Assembly (NCBI RefSeq): GCF_006345805.1
Contig: NC_043004.1
Location: 41,292,001-41,356,000 of the forward strand
Direction: 5' to 3'
Length of the DNA stretch: 64,000 nucleotides
Source: Octopus sinensis
Lineage: Eukaryota
The notes beneath the pieces were generated by a model that had not been told where the DNA came from, did no database searches, and worked only from the letters and a program-made list of their open reading frames with translations. A program made the position numbers and the translations under genes. Within the stretch, counting starts at the first letter, position 1; the number at the start of each line of letters is the position of its first letter. Positions 52,941 through 64,000 of the stretch are shown here, piece after piece.

Positions 52941-53949
52941 ATATATATATACACAGGTAGATAGCTAGGTAAATAGACAGGTAGATAGAAGGGTGGATGG
53001 ATAGATGGATGAATGGACAGACAAACTGATGGATAGACAGACAGACAGATAGGTGGAAGATGTATTAAAAGCAAACTTGAAGGTAAAAATAAAGATATGA
53101 TAAAAATTACTCAGCAATTCTTTGTATTACTTATTCTATTATCTTCATAAGAGAGAAAGAGAGAGAGTGTGTGTCTGTGTGTGCGTGTGTGTTTGTGCGT
53201 GCATGTTGTGTTTGTGTATAGTGTGTGTATGTGTTGTATTTGTGTGTGTGTGTGTGTGCACACAAATAGATGGGATAGAAGACTTACATATATCAATAGT
53301 ATGTGAAGTGTGTGATAAGAAAGTTTCAGTCAGATCTAAATAACAAATAATATATTTATTTATCACAAATATTTAATATTTATCTATTTAATGTTTGTAG
53401 ATCTGGACAAGTTCATATGTCATGGAATGACAAGGATCGTGACATTTTAAACCAAGCCCTTTGTCGGAGAAAGAAATTGTTTCTTAAAATTTTAAAATGA
53501 TTTTTGTGTTCTCTGAAGAAGAGCTTTGCTTGAAATGTCAGGAGTCTTGTCTCTTCAAGGCATATTAAGTTATCCAGATATATGCTAAGTAATTTTTGCT
53601 GATGATGATTAATACCAGTTTGCTTGTATTAATCATATATTTTAAAGACTGGAGTTTAACTATCTATAATAGAGCTCCAATATTGCAAAGCTTAGTTTCA
53701 TAATTCTTGGCTCTGATTTCAATTCTTGCCAAATGCAGGTAAAATAAATATCAGTTTGTAAAATAAATATTGGTAATACAAGATGTAAGGTACAGGTTGT
53801 GGTTAAGAAATTTGCTGCTCAACCATTTGGTTTTTGTGGCTTAGTCCCACTGCATGGCATCTTGGGCAAGTGTCTTCGACCATAACATTATGCCAACCAG
53901 GGTCTTTTGTGTGAATTTGGTAAACTGAAAATTATCTGTTGTGTGTGTA

Positions 53950-54105
53950 TATATATATAATATATATATATATATACATATACACACACACACACATATA
54001 ATATACATCTATATATATACATATATATATATATATACATATATATATACATATATATATATACATATATATACATATATATATACATCTATATATATAT
54101 GATGA

Positions 54106-54143
<38 letters not shown>

Positions 54144-54171
54144 TATATATACATATATATAATATATATAC

Positions 54172-54216
<45 letters not shown>

Positions 54217-54259
54217 TATATATATATATATATATATATGTTATATATATATATATGTG

Positions 54260-54290
<31 letters not shown>

Positions 54291-54313
54291 GTATATATAT
54301 ATATGTATATATA

Positions 54314-54355
<42 letters not shown>

Positions 54356-54370
54356 ATATATATATATATA
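53950..54370. repeat. Long (TA)n microsatellite
   Basis: Visible. Confidence 0.95.
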
Positions 54371-55245
54371 TCATCATCATCATGGTTCGGCTTCGCGAAC
54401 GAAGATCAGGAAGGCTGTCCACATCGCGTACATGCACGCTCATGACTGACAAGTCCAATATGGGAAAGGCAGGTCCGTGAGCAGTGTCCACAGACAAAGG
54501 TAACATCCGGTGTGGTGTCAGAGGTGGCTCGCGCCTTCCTCCTGCGACTCTTCTTTGTTCTTCAAACTTGCTGACTGCGTTGAAGATCGTGTGGCACATC
54601 ACGTCCTGCTTTGCAAATACCTCGCAGCTCTTTGGCCTGGAGATCAGCCTCAAGAAAACAGAGGTACTTCACCAACCTACACCCCAAGAGGAATACCACC
54701 CACCCCACATCACTATCTGCGGTACCGAACTGAAATCAATACAGCAGCTTACATACCTGGGCTGCATCATCTCATCCAATGCAAGGATCGACAAGGAAAT
54801 TGACAATAGACTTTCTAAGGCAAATAGCTCCTTTGGCAGATTGTACAAACGTGCTTGGCACAATGGTGGCCTGAAAAACAAAACAAAGATCAGTGTCTAC
54901 AGGGCCGTGGTTCTCACCACTCTTCTCTATGGCTCAGAGACCTGGATCATTTACTGCTGTCACATCCGTCTCCTCGAGATCTTCCACCAGCGATGTCTCT
55001 GCACCATCCTCAACATTCACTGGAGTGACTTCGTCACAAACATTGAAGTCTTGGAGCGGGCCAAGATCCCCAGCATTGAAGCCACGCTACTGAAGTACCA
55101 CCACCGATGGGCAGGGCATGTCTCCATAATGGAGAACCATTGCCTTCCAAAAATTGCCCTGTTTGGTGAACTCTCCACCGGCCACTGAGTGAGAGGAGCT
55201 CTGAGGAAGCGCTACAAAGACTGCCTCTAGAAGTCTCTAACAGCA
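54371..55245. mobile_element. RTE/BovB-like LINE with an inverted 5' segment
   Basis: Plus strand ~54596-55245: ITSCF...FGLEISLKKTEVL...FTYLG-like...LLYGSETW...RYKD. Minus strand ~54605-54371: HTIFNAVSKFEEQRR...[23 protein letters not shown] plus a (gat)n tail. Confidence 0.88.
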
Positions 55246-55249
55246 TGAC

Positions 55250-55455
55250 CATGTGTGTACCGTTGGCGATTTTTTTCCCTCTGTCTTCCCTTCTCTGGAT
55301 CTTTCCTTCTCCTATGTTTCTGACGAAGAGCTCCACTCGAAACATTAAACCCTCCTTCTTCCCTTCCTTCCTGAGTGTCCAATAATACTATATTTGTTCC
55401 ACGTCCTCGCGTTGTTGTGTTTTCTCTTTGTGTTTTCATGTTTGGATTAATTATA
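55250..55455 (+). mobile_element. Penelope-like terminal repeat fragment with a hammerhead-like motif
   Basis: gttt-CTGACGA-agagctccactc-GAAAC-att-aaac at 55316-55350. Confidence 0.55.
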
Positions 55456-55494
55456 TATATATATATATCCTTTCAGTATTTGAAAGGATCGGGT

Positions 55495-55915
55495 ATTCAA
55501 ATAATTAAAGCACCAAGGGGTAGAGTCAGGGATAGTGCGCCTGTGTACAAACAATGTATACTGACATACATGTACTTTATAATATAAATATAGATTTGTC
55601 CTTCCCATTATACATACATTCACAAGTAACTGACTGCATACACAACGTGACATCAAAGTCATACAGGGATACACTCACTGCACATATTCCACAGTCAACT
55701 ACAGACTTCATATCCAAATATATAGAAGGTTCCCATTTAGGTGAAGAAGAAATAATAACACAAATGGGTTGCAATTCACTACAGCTGTTTCAGACATGTT
55801 TTCTGTTGATGAACAAAATCTGTATTTACTTTAGTAAGTATGTATATATCAGTATATATTGTCATGACACAGGTGCGCTGTCACCGACTCTACCTTGGTG
55901 TTTTTACTATTTAAC
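55495..55915. mobile_element. Old MITE-like element with ~85-bp imperfect inverted ends
   Basis: gcaccaaggggtagagtcag...cctgtgt...tatactga inverted at tcagtata...acacagg...gactctaccttggtg. Confidence 0.6.
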
Positions 55916-56301
55916 TACCTGTATATATACACACACACACACACACCACACACACACACACACACACATACATACATACATATACATCCATACAGGATGA
56001 GCCAAAAGTCATGCACAAAGTTCAATATGTTCTAGAATTGTCTATGACATGTTTCAGTTTTTCTAAAATTGAATAAAACAATATTGAACACATACGTACT
56101 TGTACACGTTGAACAAAATGAATAATAATAATAACAATAATAATAATAATAATAACTACACTCATGGAGTGGTTGGCGTTAGGAAGGGCATCCAGCTGTA
56201 GAAACACTGCCAGATCAGACTGGGCCTGGTGCAGCCTTCTGGCTTCCCAGACCCCAGTTGAACCGTCCAACCCATGCCAGCATGGAAAACAGACGTTAAA
56301 C

Positions 56302-56341
<40 letters not shown>

Positions 56342-56604
56342 GTTTCTAATTCTGAAAATGTTTATATTATGTCTACCTTGGAAGCATATTTCCATGAAGC
56401 TTCTGATACTTAAGATATAAAAGGTTAACCTAGATTTCTCACTAAAGGACGTCTCAATCCACAGTAAGGACTTATACGTATACCAACTTGAAATGTTTTT
56501 TTTTATATTTTGCATGCGGTAACACTTTTGTGCATCAATTAAAAACATCTCTGAAACAGCTGTAGTGAAGTGCAACCCACCTGTGTTATACATACATATA
56601 TACA

Positions 56605-56810
56605 TAGTTAATCCAAACATGAAAACACAAAGAGAAAACACAACAACGCGAGGACGTGAAACAAGTATAGTATTATTGGACACTCAGGAAAGAAGGAGGG
56701 TTTAACGTTTTGAGCAGAGCTCTTCATCAGAAACATAGGAAAAGGAAAGATCCAAAGAAGGGAAGATGGAGGAGAAAAAAATCACCAACGGTACACATGT
56801 CGTCACATAC
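56605..56810 (-). mobile_element. Penelope-like terminal repeat fragment
   Basis: Sister of 5626-5781; minus strand reads gttt-CTGATGA-agagctctgctc-aAAAC-GTT-aaac. Confidence 0.55.
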
Positions 56811-56821
56811 ACACAAACATC

Positions 56822-57098
56822 AGCTGCCCAGCAGATGTTAACATAGAGCTAAAGATCAGCAAAAAAGAAAATACCTATGCTAAACTATTGAGGTATCTAC
56901 AGCTACTCTATCCAGGTTACAAGTTCAGGTTTATACTTGTAATTATTGGGGCACTGGGATATGTAACATACTGCCAAGATGCCAATCTTCAGAAATTAAG
57001 CTTCGCAAGACAAGAGAGGAGAAAACTGATTTGAAGACTACAAATCCAGTCCATCACTCGAACTGTAAAAATCTGTAAAACTTTCCAGAGGTTTATCA
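56822..57098 (+). mobile_element. C-terminal restriction-like endonuclease region of an R4/Dong/NeSL-type LINE
   Basis: SCPADVNI..K...KENTY..L...LQLLYP.Y.F.F..VIIGALG.V...; one stop; truncated by the Helitron at 57099. Confidence 0.75.
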
Positions 57099-57432
57099 TC
57101 TCTCTATATATAAATGGCAAAATGTCTGCGTGTGTGTCCTTTATACAAATCCACAATTTTTCAGTTAGAGGGCTCGCACTTTCTATGGTCATTCAAAACC
57201 GTCCAAGGGTGGTCGTGCACATCTTTACATTTCCCTCGCAAAGCTATTAAAAAGTCAATAGAAGTGACTTTTTTGTGAATTTTCTATCCAAAACCCAATC
57301 AAAATGCCTGAAACTTGATATGCCAATTGAATGTCAGAGATTTGGACAGTACTCACGTGTATGTGCGCACGCACTCAGCTGTATATGCATGCACTAGCAC
57401 TATGGCCTAGCAACCCCGGGTCATAGTGCTAG
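57099..57432 (+). mobile_element. Non-autonomous Helitron, sister of 15803-16166
   Basis: a|TC...CTAG|t; degenerate terminal palindrome at 57393-57433. Confidence 0.8.
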
Positions 57433-57775
57433 TTTATGTATATAGGAGCAAGTCTAGGGATGCAAGTATATATGTGAGAATACATGCATAAAACAAAACA
57501 TACAAACCTGCACATATACAAACATACATACAAAAATATCCTGTTGGTGTTGTTGAAATTCCAATGAAGGAGGATTGGATCTTGGTTAGACACTGGCTCT
57601 TTCTCTATTGGCAATAAATCTTGAAATAAAACTGAATAATGACATATAATGGCACCTTGAGCAAGTGTTTTCTATTATAGCCTTGGGCTGGCCAAAGCTT
57701 TGTGTGTGGATTTGGTAGAAACCCATCATATATATATATTCATACATGTATGTCTGTGTATATATATATATGTGT

Positions 57776-57809
<34 letters not shown>

Positions 57810-57810
<1 letters not shown>

Positions 57811-58120
57811 GAGGCGCAATGGCCCAGTGGTTAGGGCAGCGAACTCACGGTTGTAGCATTGAGGTTTCGATTCCCAGACCGGGCGTTGTGAGTGTTTATT
57901 GAGCGAAAAACACCTAAAGTTCCACGAGGCTCCAGCAGGGGGTGGTGGCGACCCCTGCTGTACTCTTTCACCACAACTTTCTCTCACTCTTTCTTCTGTT
58001 GGCCTGCTCACTTAGCCAGCGAGGTGGTGGCATTTGAAGGCTAAAACAATGCGAAGCGCATTGTGACCAGCGATGTGTAGCAACAGCTGATAGCCTGGTC
58101 ATCATGGTGATCACGGTGAT
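57810..58120 (+). mobile_element. tRNA-derived SINE family Z
   Basis: ggaggcgcaatggcccagtggttagggcagc...gtttcgattccc. Confidence 0.85.
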
Positions 58121-58366
58121 ATATATATATATTTATATTTATATGCATGTGTTTGTGTGACTGTGTTTGTCACCTCACCATCACTTTGACAACCCATGTT
58201 GGTGTGTTTACTTTACTGTAACTTAGCAGTTCAGCAAAAGAATCCTATAGAATAAGTACTAGGCTTAGAAAGAAAAAGTCCTGGGGTTGATTTGTTCAAC
58301 TAAAGATGGCGCTCCAGCATGGCTGCAGTCAAATGACTGAAACAAATAAAATAGTAAAAGAGCATA

Positions 58367-58750
58367 TCTCTCTCTATATAAACGGCAGTTTGTCTGTGCG
58401 TGTTTCTGTGTGTCTGTTTGCTTGTACCCTCACCCTGACCACGGCTTTCAACCGATTCTGATGAAACTTGACACACACATAGCCCAATGTCATAATTCAA
58501 AACTAACGCAGCGAAAATTTTGAAAAGTTTCCCCAGTTCTGAAAAAAATCGATAAATTCGACATGGGGTCGAGAATCAGAAACACAAACCACAAACTGTC
58601 TAGGGGGCGCAACTCCACCTTTTTAAATCTCAAAAAAAATTTACCATAATTTTTTTTCCATTTTTTTGCTATTTTTTGGCTATAACTCTCTAAAAATGCT
58701 TTATAGTTATTTCCCTTACAAACCTGAGCAACGCCGGGCGATACTGCTAG
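58367..58750 (+). mobile_element. Non-autonomous Helitron
   Basis: a|TCtctctctatataaac...cctgagcaacgccggg-cgatactg-CTAG|t. Confidence 0.8.
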
Positions 58751-58821
<71 letters not shown>

Positions 58822-58844
58822 TATATATATTTATATATATTCTT

Positions 58845-59062
58845 TATTGCCCACAAGGGGTTAAACAGAGGGGACAAACAAGGACAGACAAAGAAATTAA
58901 GTCGATTACATCGACACCAGTGTGTAACTGGTACTTTATTTATCGACCCTGAAAGGATTAAAGGCAAAGTCGACCTTGAAGGATTTGAACTCAGAACATA
59001 ACGGCAGACGAAATACTGCTAAGCATTTCGCCCGGCGTGCTAACGTTTCTGCCAGCTCGCCT
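58845..59062 (-). mobile_element. SINE family X
   Basis: Consensus match; tail abuts (TA)n. Confidence 0.88.
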
Positions 59063-59436
59063 GACCCCAGTGCATGGTGGTTGGTGAGGAGTTGAAAGGG
59101 TGGATGCAACTAGGGTGAATGAAAGGAAGAGAGATAAATAAGTCAAAATTTGAGACCAATATAAGTATTTTCCATGATAAACACAATGTTACAAGCAATT
59201 TGGAAAATCACAGAATCTATGATATTGATTAATTAAGTTTTCATTGAATCATGCTTTTAGAATAAAATGGTTCTGGTCTGGTCCTTGCTCTCTGACTCTA
59301 TTCCATTGTTCAAAATATCCCCTTTGGTGAACACAGAATTAATCAATCATGAACAGACACTCTCCAGCCTCTGGCCCACAAGTGTGCTGTCTCTTTTCTC
59401 TAACTTTTCTATCACTACAATAATAGCCCCTTTTTG

Positions 59437-59843
59437 GGATCTTTTCGGTTTGAACGGCAGTTTTTAACATAATTTCCACATAACTAAACACTTTTAAACT
59501 TCATATACTGGTAGAATGTGTTTATAAAACATCTTTTTCTACAGTTTGTAAGATATTTGTTGTTATTTTTCTTCAATTTCTGCAATTTCAACCAATCAAT
59601 GACGTCCATTGAGGTAAAAAAACATTCTGTTCCGTATGAATATGTCCCTCTTGTAAAAAACAGATTGGGTTTATTTACATTTGTGAAGCAAAAAAGATAC
59701 CCTTTCCCCCACCCCTAACCCTATCCCTAACCCTAAGCCTAAAACAGATTGTAATGCAATAAATCGATACTAAGGTCATAATTATGGGTGACAATTTCAT
59801 ATGACACTGCTAGAAAAAACTGCCATTCAAACTGAAAAGATCC
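59437..59843. mobile_element. GGATC-TIR MITE form A, reverse orientation, imperfect 8-bp TSD
   Basis: cctttttg (59429-59436) versus cgtttttg (59844-59851). Confidence 0.88.
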
Positions 59844-60019
59844 CGTTTTTGGAAGCTATTATTGTAGGGATAAAAAAGTCTTATACCTTCTCAGGTATAA
59901 GACCTTAAGAGGTATAAAACCTTGCTGGTCCCATACCTCCACTGCTCAGGCATCTTTGACCCATTTATCTCTCTTCCTTTCATCCACCCCACTCAACTCT
60001 TCACCAACCACCATGCACA

Positions 60020-60159
60020 ATCCTTTTTTCTCAGAACATTGGCCTTTTGGATCTCCTCTCTGCTTCTGTTTTCTTGGCAGATGTCGATCTGCAACAGTTT
60101 AAATGGTACATTAACGACATCACCCTCGCCAGTGAAGGTCGTGGCTACTGCTTCTCCCT
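60020..60159 (-). CDS. Weak candidate exon (GEAVATTFTGEGDVVNVPFKLLQIDICQENRSREEIQKANVLRKKD)
   Basis: Strong pyrimidine tract and AG (ctttctttttttattctgttgcttcgtctag|), open non-repetitive frame; no clear donor. Confidence 0.25.
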
Positions 60160-60375
60160 CTAGACGAAGCAACAGAATAAAAAAAGAAAGTGTTGTAATC
60201 AAAATATTACATTGAATATTTTTGTGTTGGGATAATTTATTCCATACTCAAATAAATCCAATAATTTTATTATTGTAGCTCTCACACGCGCGCGCTCTCA
60301 CACGAAAACAGACAGACAGACACACACGCAAGCACACACACACACACGTGCGCACAATTGAATATTACAGATAAG

Positions 60376-60794
60376 GGATCTTTTCGGTTTGAACGGCAAT
60401 TTTTTCTAGCGGTGTCATATGAAATTGTCACCCATAATTATGGCCCTAGTATCTATCTATTGCATTTCAATCTATTTTAGGGTTAGGGTTAGGGGTGGGG
60501 GAAAGGGTATCTTTTTTTGTTCACAAATGTAAATAAACCCAATCTGTTTCTTAAACGAGAGACATATTCATACGGCACAGAATGTTTTTTTTACCTCAAT
60601 AGACGTCAGTGATTGGTTGAAATTGCAGAAATTGAAGTAAAAAAACAGCAAATATCTTACAAACTATAGAATTTTCTCAATTAAGTTAAGAGGAAAAGAT
60701 GTTTTATAAACACATTCTACCAGTATACGAAGTTTAAAATTTTTTAGTTACCTAGAAATTATGTTAAAAACTGCCGTTCAAACCGAAAAGATCC
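60376..60794. mobile_element. GGATC-TIR MITE form A
   Basis: Both TIRs intact; no TSD. Confidence 0.9.
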
Positions 60795-61217
60795 GTACTT
60801 TATTTTATTTTCAGCTCGTGAGCTGAAACTAGATAAAATAAAATAAATAAAATAAACTCCAAATGGATGAAAGGCAAAGGAAGGATTTGAACTCAGAACG
60901 TAAAGAATCGGAAAAAATATCAAAAAGACACGATTTTCCGAAGCTCTAACGATTCTGTGAATCTATGGCTCATATTAAGCTGGAGAATATCGATAGAAAA
61001 AAAAAACGCGCAATCCAAGGGAGACAACTTTCAAATTATGAAAGATTATTTACCTTGTATTATAGTTACAATCCGACAAGAGAACTTCTTACGTCATCAT
61101 TCGGCCTACTAGAAATATCAGTCAAGTCTCACCCAAATCACACTTAACTGTCTCTAAAGAAAAAGTACACATTGAATAATTTATAACGATGAGATAGTCA
61201 TAGCTAGAACGTCTTTG

Positions 61218-62252
61218 GGATCTTTTCCTTTTGAACGGCACATGTCAACACAATTTCTAGTTAACTAAACACTTTAAAACTTTGTATACTGGTAGAATGT
61301 GTCAAAATGAAACATTTTTTCTCTTGGCTTTCTTGAGAAAATTGTAATTTGTTTGTTTAACGTAGTCTAATTTTTCGAATTTTAACCAATGAATCGCCTC
61401 TAGTGAGCTAAAATAATTTGCTATGTCTAAAACTGAGACAACATCCTGTTACTAACCCTAACCCTCACCCTAACCCTAAATTTATTTTCTTTATTGTTAA
61501 ATTAATTTAATTGTTACACGGAAAGCGTGTGTATAAAATTATAGAATTATTTTGTTTGCTAATTGTTTAAATTATTTTCCATTGCTTTCGTTTTAGCCTT
61601 TCGTTTTTTTTTTTCTTACTTGTTATCCTTAAATTAATTTAACAATTAAGAAAAATAAAAAACGAAAGGCAAATATTTAGGGTTAGGGTGAGGGTGAGGG
61701 TGAGGTTGTTGTCTCAGTTTTACACGCAGCAAATGATTTTAGCTCAATTAGAGGCGATTCATTGGTTAAAATTTGGGATCTTTTCCTTTTGAACGGCACA
61801 TGTCAACACAATTTCTAGTTAACTAAACACTTTTAAACTTCGTATACTGGTAGAATGTGTTTATAAAGCATCATTTTTTCTTGGCTTTATTGAAAAAATT
61901 CTATATGTTGTAACATATTTCCACTTTAATTTCAAGCATTTCGGCAATTTTAACCAATCGCTGACCTCCATTTGGGGTGAAAACATTCCGTGCTGTATGA
62001 ATATGTCCCTCGTTTAAGAAACAGATTGGGTTTATTTACATTTGTGAAGAAAAAAAGATACCCTTCCCCTAACCCTAACCCTAACCCTAACTCTAACTCT
62101 AAATCTAAAATAGATTGAAATGCAATAGATCGATACTAGGGTTATAATTATGGATGACAATTTCATACGACACTATTGCATTTCAATCTGTTTTAGATTT
62201 AGGGTTAGATTTAGGATTAGCATTAGAGTTAGGGGTGGGGGAAGGGTATCTT
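61218..62252. mobile_element. Composite: truncated form B (61218-61775), then a B-end/A-body hybrid (from 61776) ending in a fold-back duplication
   Basis: Second ggatcttttcc at 61776; ~62175-62252 is the reverse complement of ~62050-62146. Confidence 0.85.
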
Positions 62253-62529
62253 GGAATGATTTGGTGTGGAACATTTCCAGTTTTGTCAGATAACAGATTT
62301 TCTTGGTGATATACAACAATAATAAAACCGCAACGTTTTTGTGCGCATGTTAATTAAACTTTTACGATTGCACTTTTCTGTTAGTATAAAGAAGGTGATG
62401 GCTAAAAGAATCTGAAAACAAATTAAGGAGGTGCACAATGTAGGGCTGAGAGAAGAAGAAGCACGTTGATGGGCTGCGAAAAATGGGTAGGACTGAGAGA
62501 AGATGAGAGGCACATTATAAAGGCCTGAG

Positions 62530-62910
62530 AAGGGGGAGTAAATTGTAGAGCTTAGAGAAGGAGATTACATTATAGGGGCTGGAAGATGAAGCATAATATA
62601 GAGCTTGCAGTAGGGAAAGCATTTAATAGAGCTGGGAGAAGGGGGAAGTATTGTAGAGCTGGGAAAAGGGAAGGCATATTGTAGAGCTAGGAGAATAAGG
62701 GAGTACATTGAAGTGCTGGGAGAAGAAGAGTACTTTGAAGGGCTGAATGAAAAGGAGTATATAGGGCTGGCTGAAGGGGGAGTACACTGTAAGACTGGGA
62801 GAAAGGGAAGTATATTGTAGAACAAGGGGAAAGGGAATACATTGTAGAGCTGGGAGAATAAGGGAGGTACATTGTAAGCTGAGAGAAGGAGAAGTACGTT
62901 GTAGGGCTCG
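62530..62910. repeat. Purine-rich minisatellite, ~28-30-bp unit (tacattgtagagctgggagaa.aggga.), roughly a dozen diverged copies
   Basis: Recurring attgtagagctgggagaa motif. Confidence 0.8.
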
Positions 62911-62991
62911 CTTCAGGTGCTGACTATCCTGGTACTGGTCCTGCATAACAGTATAATGTACACATGATATTGTAATATTACATACGTAATA

Positions 62992-63765
62992 AAGGCGGCG
63001 AGCTGGCAGAATCGTTAGCACGCTGGGTGAAATGCTTAGCGGTATCTCGTCTGCTGCTACGTTCTGAGTTCAAATTCCGCCGAGGTCGACTTTGCGTTTC
63101 ATCCTTTCAGGGTCGATTGAATAAGTACCAGTTACACACTGGGGTCGATGTAATTGATTTAATCCCTTTGTCTGTCCTTGTTTGTCCTCTCTGTGTTTAG
63201 CCCCTTGTGGGTAGTAAAGAAATTGGTATTTCGTCTGCTGCTACATTCTGAGTTTAAATTCCACCGAGGTCGACTTTGCATTTCATCCTTTCAGGGTCGA
63301 TTAAATAAGTACCAGTTATGCACTGGGGTCGACATAATCGACTTAATCCGTTTGTCTGTCCTTGTTTGTTCTCTCTGTGTTTAGCCCCTTGTGGGTAGTA
63401 AAGAAATTGGTATTTCGTCTGCTGCTACATTCTGAGTTTAAATTCCACCGAGGTCGACTTTGCATTTCATCCTTTCAGGGTCGATTAAATAAGTACCAGT
63501 TATGCACTGGGGTCGACATAATCGACTTAATCCGTTTGTCTGTCCTTGTTTGTTCTCTCTGTGTTTAGCCCCTTGTGGGTAGTAAAGAAATAGGTATTTC
63601 GTTGTCTTCACATTCTGATTTCAAAATCTGCTGAGGTCGACTTTGCCTTTCATCCTTTCGGGGTCGATAAAACTAGTTCCAATCAAATACTAACTAAGAT
63701 CAATATAATCGACTTAATCCCTCTCCGAAATTGCTGCCCTTCGACCTACATTTGAAACCAATATT
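62992..63765 (+). mobile_element. SINE array: full X, two near-identical 184-bp X units (63225-63408, 63409-63592), then a Y-tailed SINE remnant
   Basis: Each junction is gaaat(t/a)|ggtatttcg; identical ORFs are offset by 184 bp. Confidence 0.9.
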
Positions 63766-64000
63766 ACATATGTAATTTTATAATATCGTAATATTGATTT
63801 CTAATATTGGCTCATACAGGCACATCAGCGCTTTCTAATCTTTTACCATTATAATATATTTTAGCAAACCCAAAACCCTCGCAATCTTTTTTATTTTTTT
63901 TAATATTCAAATAATTTTATGCCAGTCTCCACTTCTGTCATGATCTTTTCTCTAGAAATGACATACAGGCTTTACTTGGGGCGATTTCGAGTAAAGGAAA

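Noticed and set aside
55554-56000. 148-aa plus-strand ORF
   Set aside because: Lies within an inverted-repeat element, runs into (CA)n, and has no recognisable motif.
59993-60202. MITTLSFFILLLR... read as a signal peptide
   Set aside because: The hydrophobic stretch is the translation of a polypyrimidine tract before an AG, and the ORF starts at TTG.
62992-63592. Regularly spaced repeats as a CRISPR array or tRNA gene cluster
   Set aside because: The units are SINE bodies with no unique spacers and no complete cloverleaf or acceptor stem.

Overview
AT-rich, repeat-dense eukaryotic genomic DNA, most likely from an octopus or other coleoid cephalopod (inferred from the tRNA-derived SINE families, very abundant (TA)n/(CA)n tracts and overall repeat landscape). 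There are no prokaryotic systems, CRISPR arrays or complete host genes. Contents: (1) about 17 copies or fragments of one DNA-transposon family with GGATCTTTTC(G/C)...GATCC termini, 8-bp target-site duplications (TSDs) and internal TTAGGG repeats (Merlin-like by termini and TSD), in a ~420-bp form and a long fold-back form, including self-nesting and an inversion with the signature of reversed-ends transposition; (2) a 5'-truncated, frameshifted Tx1/L1-clade LINE (18959-23100) inserted in a decayed Tc1, whose 3' tail is shared with the most common SINE here; (3) fragments of CR1, RTE (one with a twin-priming-type inversion) and a restriction-like-endonuclease LINE; (4) Tc1/maT remnants, hAT and Tc2/pogo-like MITEs, four non-autonomous Helitrons and Penelope-like ends with hammerhead-ribozyme-like motifs; (5) at least five SINE families; (6) two paralogous minus-strand exon-like segments (46271-46718 and 24254-24410) of an unidentified protein, and a CpG-rich NRF1/ETS motif cluster near 4.4-5.2 kb. 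Family names are by eye, not by database search.
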